A DNA stretch of 64,000 nt from Naegleria gruberi (lineage: Eukaryota): assembly GCA_000004985.1 (NCBI GenBank), contig GG738899.1, one strand, 5' to 3'. Numbering within the stretch: the stretch's first letter is position 1; each line of letters starts with the position of its first letter. The notes beneath the pieces are model-generated. The model saw nothing but the letters and a program-made list of their open reading frames with translations, was not told the origin of the DNA and made no database searches. Positions 21,101 to 33,314 of the stretch are shown here, piece after piece. A program made the position numbers and the translations under genes.

Positions 21101-24100
21101 TCTCAAGTGCCAATCCAGTTGATACTGATGGTGATTCATTGAGTATTTCTTCTACTCTTGTTTCTCCTTCAAGTGGTTCAATTACAATTTCCAATTCTGA
21201 TATTCCAAGTGTTGTTTACAAACAAAATACTGGATTCCTTGGAACTGATACTTTCAAGATTCAAATCTCTGATGGTGCTGCTACTGCTATTGTTACCATT
21301 TCTGTTACTGTTTATGATAATGCTCCATTGTCTAATGATATTTCTGAAAATAGACATTTTACTGAAGTTAGTAATGGATATACTAAGAATGCAATTTCAT
21401 TCTTCAATGTTACTGATATCGATTCTCAAGATAGTGTCACTGTTAAGGATGCTACTGTTGGATCTTGTGGTTCTGTCTCAAAGACTTCTTCAACTGTCAC
21501 ATTCACAAGTAATAAGGGAAGTGTTGGTGTTTGTACTGTAACTATCACATTTACTGATGGTCTATTGAATTCTGTATCCAAGTGGAATGTCAATGTTCAA
21601 AATCAAGATCCTTCTGCCGCACCAATTAGCACTACCGTTCACTGGAGTAAGAGTCAAGCTATTATTGACATTATGTCAACTTTGTCTGATGCTGATAATG
21701 ATGCCTTGTCTTATTCAGTTTCATCTTATGATTCCACATTCGGTAGCCCATCTATCAATTCTGATAAGGCTCTCGTATGGACTCTTCCACAAACACCAAA
21801 ATTAGGAACAACTCAAATTGTAATTTCATTCACAGATGGATGGGTCAGTAAGACTGCTTCTTATCCATTGATTGTTCAAAACGTTGCACCAACTGCAGTT
21901 GCAAAGACAATTTCATCAAAGTGGTCTGCATGTCTTTCTGGTATTACTATTGATATTTTGAGTGAATGCTCAGATAATGACGGAGATAGTTTGTCATTTG
22001 ACAGTACTACGCCAATTGTTACTGCTCCAGCTCAAGGAAGTGCTTCAATTGTTTCTTCAAAGGTTTATTACAAACAATCAACTGCTTCTGTTGGTTCTTA
22101 TTCCATTACTTACAAGATTACTGATGGTATTCAAACTTCATCAAACTCTATTACTGTCAATTGTGAAGATAATGCTCCTGTTGCTAATGCTGATTCAATT
22201 ACTGTTAATTGGAATACCTCTGATGTCGATATTACTATTTTGTCTAACGATATTGATTCAGATAATGATATTCTTTCTGTCACTAATCTTTCAGCTGTCA
22301 GTGAAGGTTCTTTAACTAATTTAGGTACTTTTGTTAAATATACTTTGAAGAAACCACCAACCCTTTCTGACAAGACATTCACCTATAAGGCATTCGACGG
22401 AGCTCTCTATTCCTCTGCTGCAACTGTCACTGTCAAAGTTGTCAATGCCAACAAGCCACAAATTAGTGATCAAAGTACAACTGCTCACTGGAGAACTGTC
22501 AAGGATGGTGTTTCATACACTGTCTATGATACTCTTACCGATGCTGATGGTGATTATTATTCACTTTCATTTGGTAGTGGTTCAAGTGCTTATTGTTCAC
22601 TTATTGACCTTTCGAATGGTATTAAGGGTGTTAAATATACTAGAAATGCATTCGATTCCACTGATTCTTGTAAAGTAGTTCTCTCTGATGGATTCAGTAC
22701 AAGTGCTGCCACATTAACAACCAACTCTTACAATAATGTTCCAGTTGCTGCCAACTTTACTTTAGATTATTCTGGTGGTAATATTCAATATGGTATTTCA
22801 ATTGATGTTTTGTCATCTGCTACAGATGCTGATATTCAAGATGTTCCATTCCTTTCCATTTTAAGTGTTGGAAATTCCAAATTATATGGTAGTGAAGCTG
22901 CAAATATTGTAAATGGACAAGTTTTCTATTTCCCAGATCAATCATTAGTTAAAGCATTGGGTACTGATACTGTTGCTTATACTATTAGTGATGGTTTATC
23001 AACATCTATTGGTTATCTCACTATTAACATCAAGTCAACTTCTCCATCCAGTACTGAACAATATTACAATGTTCATTTTAGATATTCAAGTGTTGGTTAT
23101 GTTTTCACACCATTGACAAAGATTGCAGATGCCACTAAACTTGATACTACTGTTGTTCAAGGAAGTGAACCAAATCAAGGTGGTTCAGTTGTTGTTTCTA
23201 GTGTTGATGAAAAGACAGTTACTTACAAACCATCTGGTTCCTATTTAGGTAATGAAATTTTCAAGTTAAAGTATTATACTGCTAGTGGTAGTAGTGATAT
23301 TACTTTTACAATGAATATTTATGATACTGCTCCAATTGCTCAATCACTTTCTGGTTCAGTTCATTTTGGTAAATCAACAACATTCAATTTAACTGCTTCA
23401 ACTTCAGATGCTGATCCATTGGATGTCAATAATTTGTCATTCTCAATTACTGGTCAACCATCTCAAGGATCTTTGAGTGTTTCATCAAATATTGCCACTT
23501 ATACTGCATCATCAACTGTTGGAACCTATTCTGGTATTTACAGAGTTTCAGATTCTATGAAATCTTCTACTGGTTCTATTACTTTGACTGTAACTAATAC
23601 TGTTCCTACTTCACAAACTAAAACCATTTCAGTTCCTTGGAGAACTTTCAAGGCAGGTTTTAATATTGATGTCTTGAATTTAGCACCAGCTGATTTTGAT
23701 AATGATGGAGATGAGTTGAGTTTGGTTTCAATTGCTCTTCAACCATCAGTTGGTTCAGTAACTAAATTGGATAGTAAGAGAGTTAGTATTGTTGGTTCAG
23801 GAAACTTTGTTGGTTCACTTACATTCAAATACATTGTTAGTGATGGTGCCTCAAATGGTCAAGTCACAACCACAGTTAACTTGAATGTTTACAACACTGC
23901 TCCAGTTGGTATTCCAGATAAGCTCTCTACCCACTGGAATGTTGCCTCAAAGACATTGAATGTTATTGCCAATGACACTGATGCTGAATCAGATCCTTTA
24001 ACTGTCACATCCGTTTATGGATCTTTAGCTTCAACTGCTCCAACTTTCACTTCTGATAGTATTGTCTATTATCCAAAGAATGCTCCATCAACAGATACAG

Positions 24101-27100
24101 TTTATTATACAGTTTCTGATAATGTTGCTACATCTATTTCATATGTCACTGTTACTGTAACTAACACTGCTCCAACTACAACTTCTCAATCATTTGTTGG
24201 TTCTTGGTCTTCAGCTAAGAATGGTTTAACATTTGACGTTGTTTCTACTTCTTCTGATGCTAATGGAGATTCATTGTCATTGCAATCATGCTCTTCATCA
24301 GTTACTTCCTCTCAAGGTAATGTCACTTGTTCTGGAAATGTCAAATTCACTCCAGCCAGTGGTTTCGTTGGTAGTATCAACCCAATCAGTTATATTATCA
24401 CTGATGGTAGAGACACTGTCACTGGTACTGTTTCCATTACAATTTTGAATAATGCTCCTACTGCTAATACTACAAATACTTTCAGATATCATTGGAGAAG
24501 TGTTTTGAGTAATACTGTTATTGATCTTTCTTCATATCTCAAAGATGCTGATGGTGATGCTGTTACTTTGACAGCTGTCACAAAGACACTTGTTGGTGTT
24601 GCTTCTCTTGGATCAGGAAATACCATTAACTATAAGGTTAATAGTGCTTACACTGGTACTGATTCAGTCACTGTCTCATTCACTGATGGATGGTCAACTT
24701 CAAGTGCCACTTTCAATATTGTAATTTACAATAACGCTCCTGTTGCTCAAAATATCATTACTTCAACTCACTTGGCAACTTTGAACATTCCTGTGATTGG
24801 ATCTGGTTCAAATCAACCAACAGATGCTGATGGAAGTGTTGATCTTAATAATTTAGTCATTTCTTCATTCTCAAATCCATCAGTTGGAAGTGTTTCTTTG
24901 AGTGGTGATAAGAAATCATTCACATTCACTAACGTTGCTGGAAATGTTGCCACTCAAACATTTACCTATGTCGTTTCAGATGGAAAGGATACTTCTGCAT
25001 CAAAGACTGTTACAATTTCCATTACAAACAATGCACCATCTGCAACTCCAATTACCATTTCTAAACATTGGGCTACAGTACAAGGTGGATTAGATATTAA
25101 TTTATTGTCTGTTGTAACTGATTCTGATGGTGATTCTCTTTCAATTACTTCATTCACTCAAACAAATAATGGAGCTGTTTCTTCAATCAATTCAACATCT
25201 GTCAAGTATATTCCAACACCATTGACTGCTGGTTTCACAACTTCATTCACCTATTCAGTTTATGATGGTTATACTACAATTTCAAATACTGTTACAATTT
25301 CAATTACCAATACACCACCTGTTGCAGTTGATGATACCATCACTGTTCACTGGACCAATAATACATTGTATTTGAAACCAGTTGTGAATGATTATGATTT
25401 GGATAATGATTACATTTATATTAACAAATTGTATCCATCTCAATTTATGAATGCCTATGCATCAATGGGTAATTATATCATCATTTCAAAGGGAACAACT
25501 ATTGTTAATAACTTTGCAAGTGTTGTCGTTCCTGGAAGCGTTGCAACTGCTGGATTTGTTAATCAAGTTCTTCAACCAACTGGCTCACTAAATGTTAATA
25601 ATGCTGCTCAACTTGCCATTGTTAATGCTGCTACTAATTTGTATCAATCATTGAGTTTATATACTTGTACTGCTTCATTAGATCAATCATTCCCATCTTC
25701 AAATGTTTTGAGTTTCTCACCTGGTGTCTATTGTTTCCCACAAGGTTTATCTGGTTCTGGTACCATCTTGTTGAGTGGTTCAGGTCTTTACATTTTCAGT
25801 ATTTCCACTAATTTGAATGCTAACTTCCAATGGTCATTCACAAATGGAGCTAGTGCTTCAAATGTTTATTGGTTGGTTGGTGCTGCTGGTATTTCAGGAA
25901 CTTTCTATGGTCATGTTTTGAGTAATGGTCAACTCAATTTCAATAATGTTGTTCAAAATGGTGTTATTATGAGTTTAGGATCAAATTCAATGAGTTTGAA
26001 TAGTGTTACTTTTGGTTCCGTTGTTATTCCAACTGGACAAACTGCCTTGGAATTACAATCTGACAAGTTGACTGTCTATTATAAGAATACTTTCATTAAT
26101 GGACCAGCAACTGACTCATTCCAATACACAATTACTGATCAAATTGCCACTTCTAATGTTGCTATTGTCAAATTGGTCTTTACCAATACTGCTCCAGTTG
26201 CCACTTCATTCTCAGCTGGTAAAGTTACATGGAAAAATACCTTAACAACTGCAAGTGTTGTTTCCAAGTATTGTTCTGATGCTGATAAGGATTCATTGAG
26301 TTTATTCGGAGTTACTCAAGGTAAATACGGAACTACTACAGTTACCGATTCTACAAGTGGTACCATTGTTTATACACCAAGTAGTTCAATTTCCTATACC
26401 TCTGTTGATTCCAATGGAGCTAGTTATGTAACTGATCAAATTACTTTTGGATGTTATGATGGAGCTCAAGTTACATATAACACATTCTCTGTTGTCGTTT
26501 ACAATACAGCTCCAAAGAGTGCTTCTAAATCACTTAGTGTTCAAAGAGATACTTCAAATCCAACTGTTACATTGAATGATTTGTTGGTTGGTGCTACAGA
26601 TGCTGAGGGTGATTCAATTTCTGTATCAAGTGTTTCAATGATTTCACAAAATACTGGTGCTTCTGTCTTGTTATCATCCAATACTGCTAAACTCACTTAC
26701 ATAACTTCATATTTAGGTTCAATTGTCTTTTCATTCACTTTAACTGATGGTCAATTGAGTTCAACTTATAATTATAATGTCACTATTACTGGTGCTCCAT
26801 TCTATTGTGTTGATTATACCATTAGTACTACCAAAGATTCCTCTGCTGTCACTTTCGAAACTGATTTAAAGTCTAAATTGTCAAGCTATTGTGTTAATGA
26901 TGTTTGTACTTTGGCTCTTGCTTCAACTGCATCACTCAATGGAGTTGGTTCAATTGCTGCCAATGGTAATAACTTGTTGACATATACTCAAAATTCCAAG
27001 TCATCATCAAATGGAGAATCCTATTCCACTTACTCATATTCTAATAGGGCAGGTCAAAGCGCAATTTGTAAGATTATCATTAATCAACCAAATAATGCAC

Positions 27101-29412
27101 CAACTGTCTATGATTATACTTATAGTTACTCAATTAGTAGAGCTTCTAATGATTATGTTACATTTGATTATGTTAGTTTATCATCCTCTGATGATCCAGA
27201 TGCTTCTGACTCAATTGTATTGAGTAGTATTTCAAGTGTTGGTACATGTACAACTAGTTCTATCAGTAGTTTGTCAATTACTAGTGATAACCAAATCAAA
27301 TTCTTGAGAAATCCATCATTCATTGGAAGTTGTTCATTCTCTTTGGTTGTTTCTGATAGTGATTTGAGAAATCCAATCTCTAAAACTGCAAAAATTACAA
27401 TCAATGCCATTTCTTCTCCACCAGTTGCTGTCAATGATGCTGTTTCTACAACCTATAACACATATATTGATATTCCAGTTTCCACATTACTTGGAAACGA
27501 TTATGATTCACTTGGTGGTACATTCTCATTCACTGGTATTAATTGCCCAACAGGTGATTCAACTTATTGTACAGCAGGCACTCCAACTATTCTCAATCCA
27601 TCTGATCCTGCAAATACAAGAATCATCAGAGTTCAACCAATTAAGGGATCTTGTAATTCTCAAAAATTCGTTTATGGTATCAAATCTGATTCTGATTCAA
27701 CAACTGCCACAGCTATTGTTACAGTTTCTTATACCAAATGTACATGTTCTTTGAATATGGATATTGTATTTGTTTTGGATGGTAGTTCATCTATTGATGC
27801 AGGAAATTGGATTAACATGCAAAACTTTGCATCCAATTTAACTGTTGGATTTGGTTCAAACATTTCACCAACTGCCACCAAGATTGGTATCATTCAATTC
27901 TCTACAACAACTGTAACTCACTTGGATTTGAAAGATGGTACTTCCAAGACAGCTGTTCTTAATGCCATTTCATCAGCTGGTCAACTCAAATCCAGTACCA
28001 ACTCAATTTTAGGTATTAACAATGCTGTTTCAATGGTTTTAAGTCAAGGTAGAAAGGATATCACTAGAAAACTCTTAATTCACATTACAGATGGTATGTC
28101 CAATTTACCTTGTGGTATGGGAGCTTGTCGTGCCATGTATGGTAGTGATAAGTCATTATATGGATCTGTTCCTAATTATTGTAAGTCACCTCGTTTCCCA
28201 GGTACTGATGCAACAATATGCTCATGGAATGAACCACTCAGTAGATGTAATCCTTGTTCTGATGCTACTCTTAGATCAACTGATTTGAATTCTTGGACAG
28301 TTGGAGGTGCTTCAAATCCAGAAAAATCAACTTATGGATCTATTTGGAATTGGAGACAATTAGTTGTAGGTATTGGTGATGGTTTGAGTTCTGGGTATGG
28401 ACAACTTCAAATTCAAAAGATGAATTACGATCCAAACAATTTAATTGTTGTCGATTGGTCTGATTTGAGCTCTGTTTATCAAACTGTTATTGATAATAGT
28501 TGTAATCTTGTCGATTCCACTCAAACCAACGTTCTTGTTCCACTTTCAAGTTCTGGATATTCTATTCAATATCTTGGAAAGACATTGTCCAAATCAAGTT
28601 ACCTTAATTATGAAGCAACCATTTCAACATTCACTTATCGTGTTAGTGTCTCTTCATCAGCACCTGCTTTACAAAGATTTACCTTAGGATTACAACCTGG
28701 TTACAATCAAGATAACTTTGTAAATTATGATCCATACTTCCCAGTTTTCATTGGTCAAGACACTACCACTAATTTGAATGGTTTCACTTTCTTATCACTT
28801 CCAAATTCATATACAATTGCAGCTGGTTCATCAGATACCTATACATTGAGTATTGCTGGTGATATTCCTGAAGGTGTTATTACTTATGGTATGTCGGGTG
28901 GTTCACAATACACACAAGGAACTGTTAAGGGACCAAGTGGAGTGATCAACTCAACCACAGTTGCTCTTCCACCAAATATTAATTACGGTGATGATTCAAG
29001 TTATAGAACTACCTATTGTTCCTCAACCAAATGTTATTTCTTTACCAAGATGAATTATGCCTATCGTATTGAAGCAATGAGTAAGATTTGTAAATATTGG
29101 TCTGCCAATGCAACACTAGTTCAAATTCAATCATCCACTGAAAAGACCACACTCATCAATAATGTTTTACCTTACGATGAGAGTGCTACCTTCTTCTTAG
29201 GTACTAAGGATTCCGATATTGCAGTTGGATCAACAACTACATGGCAAGATGGTACATCCATGTCCTCCTATACAAATTATCAAAGCAAACAACCTGGTTC
29301 CTACACTATTATTTATGCTTCATATAATGCTAATTCTCCAACTGGTACTTGGTGGAAGGGAGGTAGTTATGATACCAACACTCAATATTTACTTTGTCAA
29401 TTTAAGAAATAA
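18139..29412 (+). CDS. Giant type-II membrane adhesin-like protein (~3,720 aa). Exon 1 18139..18207, intron 18208..18309, exon 2 18310..29412. Architecture: TM anchor, about 28 tandem cadherin-like Ca-binding repeats, a DUF3494 (ice-binding-like) beta-helix, vWA domain, C-type lectin domain.
   Basis: MPEVITSSTVGRTAFGPNLSLLK|GGTISQTIVGLIVSASVVASLVVTIVMISVG is the TM segment. It is followed by ~95-100-aa repeats, each ending V-x-N-x-A-P-(V/T)-A (VVNDAPVPVDD, VSNTAPSTSP, VYNTAPVGIPD, ITNNAPSATP...) and containing D-x-D-G-D-S-L. The DUF3494-like stretch is at ~25440..26070; vWA has DIVFVLDGSSSID (MIDAS); the CTLD has KCYFF...WQDG...QP...WWKGG...CQF. The single 11.1-kb ORF is anchored to ORF 18388..29412. 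Confidence 0.8.
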
Positions 29413-29521
29413 GTCTATTGAGAGGCCAAATGTTAATTAAATAAACCCAATCTTTATAAAATACCATTCGGAGTATATTCCACTCCTCGCAACTACGGTT
29501 CAGCTCCTACTAAATGAAATA

Positions 29522-29529
29522 GAGCGCAC
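29522..29529. promoter_or_regulatory. GC-rich GAGCGCAC core-promoter-like motif about 50 bp upstream of ATG 29577.
   Basis: AGAGCGCACT here. GAGCGCAC at 31566..31573 lies ~35 nt upstream of acid-phosphatase ATG 31534 (minus strand), with CTGCGCGC nearby. GAGTGCGCAC at 41124..41133 lies ~20 nt upstream of F-box ATG 41150. Confidence 0.35.
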
Positions 29530-29576
29530 TGGTTCTTTTGCAATAATTTGAAACAAACAAAAAAACAAACAACCAA

Positions 29577-30215
29577 ATGATTAAGCTTGCCATTGCTCTC
29601 ATTCTCCTTGTTGGATGGATCACCTTGTTGGTCCAATCGAAGGATGTTAAATTTTGCATGCCTCCTATTGCTTCCTTCACACAAACCACGAAACATGTTT
29701 CATATTATGGAACGGCCAGAAATTCCTCCTACAAGCTCAAAATTCAATACGATAGTAATTTGAATAAGCAACGCACAGATACTTATGAACAAGATGGCAC
29801 CTTGATCTCATCTGTAATTTCCTTACTAGATGCCTCTAATAATACCATTCTCTATTCCATAAAGAATAATGAATGTTCCTGTATTAATGAAGGTCAGACC
29901 GATGGAGCTATTTGGGCTCAATGTATAACTCAACCAGTTTTAGCTAAGGAAACTATTGCTGAACAACCAGCTCTCAAAGTTGGATACAACACTACAAATT
30001 CTCAATGGACTAATGATGAATATTATTGGATTGTTCCAGCTAGAGAACCAGGTTATTGGTGGTTCCTTTCACAAATTGAATATGTTATTGATAGGAATAA
30101 TGTTGAATTGGGAAGTAGTACTTTTTCTGATCATACTCCTAATGTGAATTATCTTTCACTTGTTGTTCCAACTAATTGTCCTTCAATGGGTGATTGTCCA
30201 TCTCCAAGAAGATGA
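29577..30215 (+). CDS. Small secreted Cys-containing protein (212 aa) with a signal peptide; possibly ependymin-related (low confidence).
   Basis: MIKLAIALILLVGWITLLVQS is a signal peptide. Conserved-looking Cys positions (FCMPP..., ECSCINEG, AQCITQ, TNCPSMGDCPSP), N-glycosylation sites, and no TM segment. Confidence 0.5.
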   Translation: MIKLAIALILLVGWITLLVQSKDVKFCMPPIASFTQTTKHVSYYGTARNSSYKLKIQYDSNLNKQRTDTYEQDGTLISSVISLLDASNNTILYSIKNNECSCINEGQTDGAIWAQCITQPVLAKETIAEQPALKVGYNTTNSQWTNDEYYWIVPAREPGYWWFLSQIEYVIDRNNVELGSSTFSDHTPNVNYLSLVVPTNCPSMGDCPSPRR

Positions 30216-30316
30216 GATATCAAAATAAAAATCAGTCCAATAACGAAGTTCAATTGTTTCCAACCTCTATCAGAAAATATTACAATTAAGATTTTGATGA
30301 TTTTGAACTTATATCA

Positions 30317-31534
30317 TTATTTATCAACTCTAAACTTGAAAATTTCTTTACCATTCTCATCCATTGCAGTGACGAAAATGAAATCCTTTTGAACTTCAAC
30401 ACTGAAAAATCCAGGTGCAGTATAAACATTCAAAGATAATGGATTGTAAACATCTGGAATGATGTTTGAACTACCAGCACCTGAAATAATGTAATTTGTC
30501 TTGTGTTCTGGTTCTTTAAGCCAATTGAGAAGATGTACGTGACCACAAGTGTACAATGGCACTTGATACTTTTCCATGTATGGCAAGAAGGTATTCATCA
30601 TATCCTTACTATTTCCACCAATACCTCCAGAATAAACTATTTAAATTAATAAGAAATGTGAAATTTCAAAACCTACTGTGATGATGACCAAATACTAAAG
30701 TCCAAGAATTATTCTTTCCTTGATTTGTAGATAAAACCCCATCTAACATGTCCAATTGTTCTTGCTTTCTTTTATATTGAGATTCTAAATTAGAACTCTT
30801 CATTAATGGATCAGTCCAGAATGAAACAAATGGACTTGTATCTAACATGACCATTGAAACATCAAATCCACTCAATGTAGAATTCTTAACTAGTGTGTAA
30901 AAATGTGAAGGAAGAACCCAACGATTACTAATCTTGGTATAATCAATTTGAGCTTGAACATTTCCTCTGTAATCTATTTCGAATAATAACAATAAATATA
31001 AATCTCAACCAAAATATACTTACCATGATTTCCTAAAAGCATATGCCATTTCAAATCCTCAATTCCATCGACATTATAAATATCTTCAAACTTGCTCTTG
31101 AATTGTTCATCATTAACATTTTCAACACCATAATTATAAATATTATCACCAATACCAATTACAAAATGACATTTTTGTGTTTTACAGAACTTTCCCATAC
31201 TGGCAGCAACAGCCTTTTGACCATCATCTGCACGTCCCATATCTCCAACAACAAGAAAACGTAAAAAATCATCTGATGCTGTATATTCAGGAGTAGGATA
31301 AATATTTACATTCTTTCTTCCTAAATAAATTGCAATAGCAATAGCAATTACAATACATGTAATTAAACAACACAATCCACAGCCTAGCAAACTACCCACA
31401 CAAATCTTTTTATTCCGAGACCATTTTGTTTTTTTAGGAAGTACATATTTACTATCATCTGCCAACTCGATATCCCTCAAATTGCTATCCGAGCCATTAG
31501 AGAGTGCATCATCATAGTGGAATGATCGAGACAT
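30317..31534 (-). CDS. Membrane-anchored purple/tartrate-resistant acid phosphatase type-5-like metallophosphoesterase, 3 exons: 31024..31534 (ATG 31534), 30677..30973, 30317..30636; introns 50 and 40 bp.
   Basis: Metallophosphatase motifs GDMG, GDNIY, GNH|D (split by intron 1), GHHH, GHVH, and overall similarity to ACP5/PAP (…VAGHYPVWS… versus GHHHIYSGG…). N-terminal TM helix ICVGSLLGCGLCCLITCIVIAIAIAIYL. All junctions are phase-consistent with the three ORF-track frames. Confidence 0.75.
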
Positions 31535-31962
31535 TTTTTTATGAGGCTGAAATTGAATTTTTGAAGAGCGCACTTTCTAAAAACTTAGCGCGCAGTTTTT
31601 TTTCCAATTAGAAGTAAAAAAGATAACAATAATTGGCTCTTAATGTTTCAATTGGTTGAGAGGAAGGTATCTAATTGAAATTGGAATCAAACGAGAAGGG
31701 TGATACAGTATTAAGGTATGAATAACATGTTTAAGATTCATCATCCTATTAATTCCTCTTTACTATTCGAAACTTGGAGATTGATATTATTATTCATGAA
31801 AATCTTTCAAAGTGTTACATGGGTATTTGGCTGAGTCTTATTATGTACAATAGGAGAAATGCGGGTCACCCACACTGTTTGAGAATGTTACACATGAAAA
31901 AGCATCTATCTGTTGTGTAAATAAATATTTGGACAACTCTGAAAGTTATTGAAAAAAAAAGA

Positions 31963-32877
31963 ATGAAATTCACTCCTACATTGTTAGTTTTGAGTTGCAT
32001 GTTGTGCATGGTCATGTGCATGGCCATGAGTAGTCATGTTGTTGTATTAGCATCAACTCCAGAGCAAGCAGATGATACCTATTATTCCGCTCAACAAGTT
32101 GAACATGTTTTGAATGGAAAGAAACAACATTTGAAACAAGTCCAAATTTCCCTATTGGAAACTAACATGGGTTTGGAAGCAAGTGATTTGTTTGGAAAAT
32201 CATCTCCATTGCATGATGTCTATGTTTCTAAAAAGCAAACAAGAAAGACTGAATTATTAGAATTAAAGAGTGAATTAGAATATGAAATTGATAATTTCCA
32301 AAAATTGCTTGCTAAGAAACTTGCCATTAATGAAATGGGAGAATCCACCATCTTGACAACAGCTCATGCTATCAGATTCTATCAAGAAATTATCAATGAA
32401 GTAAAGATGAAACCATTGAAATTACTTTATAAGGCATCAAGAGATGGTTTCCAATCAAAGCAATTCCACACCAAATGTGATAATCAAGGAGCAACTGTTA
32501 CAATTATTAAGGCTGATACAGGTGCTATTTTCGGTGGATATACATCTGCTGCTTGGAATACTACTGTCATGAGTCAATTTGCCTATTCTGAACGTGCCTT
32601 TTTGTTTAGTTTAGTTTCTAATAGTGGTGAAGAAAGATTTAAAAAGTTGAATCAACTTGCTCCACCTAATTCACCAAGTCAAGGAAGATCAATTTATTCC
32701 CATTCTCGTTTTGGTCCTACTTTCGGTGGAGGTCATGATTTATATATTTGTTCTAATGCCCACGAAAATACTGGAAGTTATTGTCATCCAAATACTTATG
32801 CTGATTTCGGAAAAGAGTATTTAGCAGGTTCTTATAAGGAATGGCTTGTAAAGGATATTGAAGTTTATTCACTTTAA
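31963..32877 (+). CDS. TLDc-domain protein with a signal peptide (304 aa).
   Basis: LLYKASRDGFQSKQFHTKCDNQGATVTIIKADTGAIFGGYTSAAWN...YSERAFLFSL is the TLDc (Oxr1/NCOA7-type) signature. Confidence 0.65.
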   Translation: MKFTPTLLVLSCMLCMVMCMAMSSHVVVLASTPEQADDTYYSAQQVEHVLNGKKQHLKQVQISLLETNMGLEASDLFGKSSPLHDVYVSKKQTRKTELLELKSELEYEIDNFQKLLAKKLAINEMGESTILTTAHAIRFYQEIINEVKMKPLKLLYKASRDGFQSKQFHTKCDNQGATVTIIKADTGAIFGGYTSAAWNTTVMSQFAYSERAFLFSLVSNSGEERFKKLNQLAPPNSPSQGRSIYSHSRFGPTFGGGHDLYICSNAHENTGSYCHPNTYADFGKEYLAGSYKEWLVKDIEVYSL

Positions 32878-33314
32878 ATATCCCATCTTCCATATTATTA
32901 TTAATAGGAGGAATTCAAGTAAAGATTTATTAATTCCTCTAAATAATGAATAATTTGTTTTACAGTTTCATTTGCATAATGTTTCTGGATTCTATAAGTC
33001 AATTATGGAGTTATTGTAATCAAAGATCTCAAAGAATGATGAAATAGTAGATGTTGTTTGTCAACTGATGAACAACTTTAAAATGGCTCATTTGTATCTC
33101 TTGAAAAAACTAATTGTTTCAAAAGCAGTGCAAATTGTTAAAGGAGTAAATGTAAAGTATGAAATGCAGCCACAGCAATACATTACTAAACTGATACTTA
33201 AAGCTAAAATGTGAAATTCCATAAAAACTAACTCGTTTCTCCCTCATGGTTTAATTATGATCAATAAACAATTTCAAATTATTAAATATTAATAATTTGA
33301 ATTTTGAACAAAAA

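Noticed and set aside
19008-22678. Many 60-130-aa ORFs inside the adhesin gene on both strands (for example 19967..20269, 20528..20914, 21158..21541, 21962..22315, 22131..22382), rich in L/M/I/H.
   Set aside because: These are alternate-frame or antisense readings of a long AT-biased coding region. They have no start context or conservation, and the adhesin frame explains the sequence.
29493-29696. 67-aa minus-strand ORF spanning the promoter and start of the secreted-protein gene.
   Set aside because: It overlaps the 5' end of a better-supported plus-strand gene and has no start context.
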